NCBI GenBank assembly: GCA_039024555.1
Contig: JBCCQQ010000001.1
Location: forward strand, 160,001-224,000
DNA length: 64,000 nucleotides
DNA from: Cyanobacteria bacterium P01_D01_bin.156
Lineage (GTDB): Bacteria > Cyanobacteriota > Cyanobacteriia > Phormidesmidales > Phormidesmidaceae
Direction: 5' to 3'
Part shown: piece after piece, positions 60,055 through 64,000 of the stretch
Layout of the letters: every line of letters starts with the position of its first letter
How positions within the stretch are numbered: the stretch's first letter is position 1
Position numbers and translations under genes: made by a program
The notes under the pieces: generated by a model
What the model saw: the letters and a program-made list of their open reading frames with translations, nothing else
Told to the model about the DNA's origin: nothing
The model's database searches: none

Positions 60055-61650
60055 TCAATTACCAGAAATATCATTTTCACTATCAATAATTTCAAGCTGA
60101 AGCCCAGCAGGTAAATCATCAGGCGGTGAGTCAGTAGCACCTTCAACATTAAACCCAAAATCTTGGCTATCGGCTGGTGCACGCTCCGCCGATGGCAAGC
60201 TATCGGCTGGAATATTTGATACACCGCTATCCACGATTGACGCACTAGAATCTACAGATAAAGTATTGTCTGGAATAGCAGATGGACCACCATTCACTAC
60301 CGACAAACCGGAATCTACGGATGAAGTATCGCCTGGAATATTAGATAGACCACTATCCACGATTGACGAACTGGAATCTACAGATAAAGTACTGTCTGGA
60401 ATAGTAGATGGACCGCCATTCACTACCGACAAACCGGAATCCACGGATGAAGTATCGCCTGGAATATTCGATAAACCACTATCCACTATCGACAAACTAG
60501 AATCTGCAGAGGGACCTACAACTAATGGTCTAGCTATGGGTTCTGATGCATTAGAGACTGATGGATTTGACACTACCTGCCGATTGTTGTCAAACCGTCG
60601 AGCAGCTCTCGAACTGGTGATTGGTGCAGTCAGGTTAGTATTATCTGATTCACTCTGAACCACAGGGCTACTATCCGGGGCATAGCCACGAGCTGGCTGT
60701 AATGTAGTAGCGGTAATCTGCGGAGTAGAGCTGTGAAAAACAGCAGCAGGAGAAGACTCAAAGGATGGAAAACCTGAGAATGCAACCACATCGAGGCCTT
60801 CCAGCTCTAGCTCAGTAACATTTGCGATCGCAGGTGTAACAATTTCAGGATTTACGACAATCTGCTCAGAAGAGCCATACTCGTCAAAATTTCCCTGCAG
60901 CTCTAAAGCATCCTGAATTTCTAGCCACACATCATGCAGATCATCCGACAAACTAGCTGGAGGAGTTTCACTATCTAAATCTAAACCTTTAGCTAAGCCA
61001 CTAGTTTGGTAGAAGGTACGCAAGTCAAATTCCAAACTCTCAGTGATGGTGTCACCTTCAATAATCACCATTTCTCCAGCATAAAGAGCTTGTTGCTGAT
61101 TACCGCTACCATTGAAGGCCATCATCGCACCAGCGGAATTGTTAGTCAGAGCACCCACAATCGTTACTGGAGAAGCACATTGCCCTACATCAAAACCATC
61201 TGCTACGCAATGAACGCGCACAAACAGAGCAGATCCCTGAATACCCGTCACAGCATTAGGGGTTTGAATAGTTGTGCGCCCTTGTCCTGGCGGGATGAGC
61301 AGCAGTACAGTGCCATTGGAAAGCTGAAAATTACGAGTATCCGGGGTAAAACGAAACGTTGCCTGTTCACCAACCCGCGCTAATGAACCATCATTGAATC
61401 GTAATTCAGCCCGTGCCGATGTCGAGGTACGTAGAGCATCACCGATACTCATTAGATCTGAAACCCTAGCTCTTCGTGCACGTCGGCCGCTAGGAATGAG
61501 ATGAACTCTATTACGGAGGGTTTCAACCCTAGCCTGAGTGAGAGGCGTTTGAGCTAAGGCAATAGATGGCAAACCCAGCAAGGAAGCTGAGCCTAGCAAA
61601 AAAGAGTACCAGCGGGCAGAAACTTTGCACATACGAAGTAATGATTTCAT
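60055..61650 (-). CDS. Exported FecR-domain protein with Ser/Asp/Pro-rich repetitive C-terminus
   Basis: Signal peptide (..ALA|Q), GDALRT..ARAELRFNDGSLARVG...QTPNAVTGIQGS FecR motif, then a low-complexity tail. Confidence 0.88.
   Translation of the reverse strand: MKSLLRMCKVSARWYSFLLGSASLLGLPSIALAQTPLTQARVETLRNRVHLIPSGRRARRARVSDLMSIGDALRTSTSARAELRFNDGSLARVGEQATFRFTPDTRNFQLSNGTVLLLIPPGQGRTTIQTPNAVTGIQGSALFVRVHCVADGFDVGQCASPVTIVGALTNNSAGAMMAFNGSGNQQQALYAGEMVIIEGDTITESLEFDLRTFYQTSGLAKGLDLDSETPPASLSDDLHDVWLEIQDALELQGNFDEYGSSEQIVVNPEIVTPAIANVTELELEGLDVVAFSGFPSFESSPAAVFHSSTPQITATTLQPARGYAPDSSPVVQSESDNTNLTAPITSSRAARRFDNNRQVVSNPSVSNASEPIARPLVVGPSADSSLSIVDSGLSNIPGDTSSVDSGLSVVNGGPSTIPDSTLSVDSSSSIVDSGLSNIPGDTSSVDSGLSVVNGGPSAIPDNTLSVDSSASIVDSGVSNIPADSLPSAERAPADSQDFGFNVEGATDSPPDDLPAGLQLEIIDSENDISGN
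60207..60500 (-). repeat. Intragenic 126-bp (42-aa) repeat, about 2.3 copies, made of 7-aa subunits
   Basis: CTGGAATATT..GAT..ACC.CTATCCAC recurs at 60207, 60333 and 60459; protein unit SIVDSGL-SNIPGDT-SSVDSGL-SVVNGGP-STIPDST-LSVDSSS. Confidence 0.85.
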
Positions 61651-61997
61651 GGGCAGAAGTTTGAACGATGCACCGAGCAGGTACTTTTACTCTGCTCCAC
61701 TAGTAATATTACCGAACTTTTCTGCATCGTGACCAGCACCATATTTATGATTCCTTTACAGTGTGGGCTGTTTTTTGTACTTCAGTCGGAGTTTTGAGGA
61801 ATAATTCGGAGTTTTTAATCGTTTGGTAGAAAATCCTAATTATTTAGTTTTGCCATACTAAACTCAGTGCTTCTAGAGATTTTAGTCAAAGCTATTGTTT
61901 CCTTATTGGGAGAAAATTACGTCATTCGGCAGTTGAGTTACGTTCAAAATGCTGATAGCAAGGTATATGAGTGTCTTAGCAGTGTGGAACGTTTGTA

Positions 61998-63131
61998 ATG
62001 AGGCTGTTTTCTAGACCAAGGTTGATGATAGAAATTTTCGCAATCGGTCTTGGCAGCTGGGTTCTACCTGACGGTCACGCTTTGGCTAAAATCGGACAGG
62101 TGCCAGCTTTTGACGATAACAATGCAGTCACATCAGATCAGGTTGAAAGTCCGGCGACTCTTCGTCAACATGCTTTGGATCATGCTGAATCCGGTCACAC
62201 TCACAAGAGTCATATAAGTCCTAAAGATGAAGATAAGGATAGTGAGAACGCAGCCGAATCATATCCAGAGCAGATAAACCATGAGGATGATGCGGCAACT
62301 ATTATCGACGATGAACTAGGCATTTTACGGGTAAGATCGCGTCCCATTGGTATCGATGGTGAGTTGGGAGTGCTGCGAATTCGCCCCACGGAAGATGTTC
62401 CTTTAGAAGTTGAACCAGAACCCACCCGGCAAACCACAGTATTCCTCACTGGCCGGGCGAATGTCTTTGGCGGCAATAACCTGTTTCGTACCCCCAATCC
62501 AATTGATGATCGAATTTATCAAACTGGGTTGGGGGTTTTTGCGTTTCCAAAACTTGGAGACAAAACTAACTTGATTTTGAGTGCCGAAACAAATCTGGCT
62601 CGATACGAAGATCTCTCAGTTGTTGACTACAACGAAATTCAATTCCAAGCAGGTATTCGTCAACGATTGGGACGTCGCAGCTATGGACAGATTAACTGGC
62701 GTTATCAAAATCTCAGTACCCCAGGTAGCGATTCCTTCTTTTCAGCAAATTACGCGGAGTTACTACTCAGCCGTCGAGATATTCTGAATAACCGCACTTG
62801 GCTAGACGCATACTATCAAGCCCGCTTAAGCCTTAGCGATCCTGAAGAATTTAGCCGGTTTACCCAGATTGCAACGGGCTCGATCAACTATGGATTTAGT
62901 CCAACAACTCGAGTTAGCCTACTGTACCAACTCTTTCTAGATGACTACATAGAAACGCCCCGAAACGATACCTATCACCAGGTATTGGCACAATTTAGCC
63001 ACGACCTCTCGAGTACTACCCGATTTAGCCTATTTACCGGCGCTAGATTTGGTGACTCTTCACGAGCAACTGTCAACTTTGACGATATTATCTATGGGGC
63101 CAGTATGAATATCAACTTGCCGCTGTTTTAG
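61998..63131 (+). CDS. Predicted outer-membrane beta-barrel protein
   Basis: Signal peptide, disordered acidic/His-rich N-terminus, about 230 aa of alternating amphipathic strands rich in Y/F, and a terminal Phe (..NINLPLF). Confidence 0.75.
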   Translation: MRLFSRPRLMIEIFAIGLGSWVLPDGHALAKIGQVPAFDDNNAVTSDQVESPATLRQHALDHAESGHTHKSHISPKDEDKDSENAAESYPEQINHEDDAATIIDDELGILRVRSRPIGIDGELGVLRIRPTEDVPLEVEPEPTRQTTVFLTGRANVFGGNNLFRTPNPIDDRIYQTGLGVFAFPKLGDKTNLILSAETNLARYEDLSVVDYNEIQFQAGIRQRLGRRSYGQINWRYQNLSTPGSDSFFSANYAELLLSRRDILNNRTWLDAYYQARLSLSDPEEFSRFTQIATGSINYGFSPTTRVSLLYQLFLDDYIETPRNDTYHQVLAQFSHDLSSTTRFSLFTGARFGDSSRATVNFDDIIYGASMNINLPLF

Positions 63132-63245
63132 AAAGATGCCGTCCTTAGAAAGATGCCGTCCTTAGAAAGATGCCGTCCTTAGAAAGATGCCGTCCTTAGA
63201 AAGATGCCGTCCTTAGAAAGATGCCGTCCTTAGGAAGATGCCGCC
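63128..63245. repeat. 6 x 17-bp perfect tandem repeat plus a degenerate 7th copy
   Basis: TTAGAAAGATGCCGTCC at 63128, 63145, 63162, 63179, 63196 and 63213; 7th copy TTAGGAAGATGCCGCC at 63230. Confidence 0.97.
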
Positions 63246-64000
63246 GCCGATAAGTTGGGCTCTACTGCTTCTGCGAGCTGCTTGAGCATGGTCTGGGTAG
63301 TAGCAAAATCAACACAGGCATCTGTGATGCTTTGACCATAAACCAGTTCATCTAAATTCTCTGGAATTGCCTGACGCCCTGCGTAAATGTGGCTTTCAAT
63401 CATGACGCCAAGAACATGACGAGAGCCAGACTTCAGTTGATCAGAAATATTGTTCAATACAGTGGACTGTTGCTGGTGCTGTTTATTCGCATTCGCATGG
63501 CTACAGTCCACCATGAGACGGGGATTTAGACCCGCCTTGGAAAGCTGTTCAACGGCTTGAGCTACGCTCTGAGCGTCATAGTTAGGCCCATTCTTACCAC
63601 CTCGTAGAACTAGATGGCCATCCGGGTTACCTGTAGTCGCTACAATACTAGCTAACCCACTGTGATTAATGCCTAAGAAATGGTGGGAGCGACTGGCAGC
63701 CAACATGGCATTGGTAGCGGCCTGCAAGCTACCGTCCGTATTATTTTTGAAGCCTATGGGCATCGATAAACCAGAAGCCATTTCACGGTGGGTTTGGCTC
63801 TCTGTAGTACGAGCTCCAATCGCTGTCCAAGAAATCACATCAGCAATATATTGGGGAGTAATAGGGTCTAATAGCTCTGTTGCTGCTGGCAAACCCATTT
63901 CGGCTAAATCAATTAACAGCTGACGGGCCAAACGCAGACCATTGTTGATATCGTAGCTTCCATCTAAGTGAGGATCGTTGATTAGCCCTTTCCAACCGAT
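63230..64000 (-). CDS. aroG: Class I DAHP synthase (AroF/G/H type), 5' end outside the window
   Basis: Frame open to the window edge (IGWKGLINDP...), with AIGARTTESQTHREMASGLS, DCSHAN and YGQSITDAC motifs. Confidence 0.92.
   Translation of the reverse strand: MGWKGLINDPHLDGSYDINNGLRLARQLLIDLAEMGLPAATELLDPITPQYIADVISWTAIGARTTESQTHREMASGLSMPIGFKNNTDGSLQAATNAMLAASRSHHFLGINHSGLASIVATTGNPDGHLVLRGGKNGPNYDAQSVAQAVEQLSKAGLNPRLMVDCSHANANKQHQQQSTVLNNISDQLKSGSRHVLGVMIESHIYAGRQAIPENLDELVYGQSITDACVDFATTQTMLKQLAEAVEPNLSAAASS

Larger units (their letters stand above)
810..60831. repeat. HIP1 octamer (GCGATCGC) dispersed through the window
   Basis: Seen repeatedly, e.g. 810, 1152, 6313, 20252, 27034, 60824; roughly two dozen by eye. 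Hallmark of cyanobacterial genomes. Confidence 0.9.

Noticed and set aside
63128..63245. CRISPR array
   Set aside because: Units are head-to-tail 17-mers with no spacers, and there are no cas genes in the window.
1..64000. tRNA/rRNA genes, transposases, integrases, prophage or defence genes
   Set aside because: None were recognised in the ORF translations or in the intergenic regions read by eye.

Overview
A 64-kb chromosomal window from a cyanobacterium. The evidence is psbB/psbT/psbM, nblB, pmgA, petR/petP and many HIP1 GCGATCGC octamers; a filamentous Leptolyngbya-like lineage is my inference only. Most genes are core or housekeeping: desC, hisG, putA, trpD, dnaX, rps1, nrdR, cobQ, a HelY-like helicase, comF, two lepB genes, ndbB, a LabA/NYN protein and a partial DAHP synthase. 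I found no tRNA, rRNA, CRISPR array, transposase or prophage gene. The strongest candidate for an undescribed system is at 57.5-63.1 kb: a CHASE2 membrane Ser/Thr kinase, an exported FecR-domain protein with a repetitive stalk, and an outer-membrane beta-barrel. Together they look like a trans-envelope signalling module whose output is a kinase rather than a sigma factor or cyclase. Other highlights: an unannotated ~110-nt sRNA candidate (3413-3524, minus strand), an orphan ModA-like binding protein flanked by hairpins, a Pho-box-preceded PEP-CTERM phosphatase, a CobQ with altered synthetase motifs, a 54-aa unannotated ORF, and two tandem repeats anchored on stop codons. All calls come from reading the sequence and recalling protein family motifs; no searches were run.
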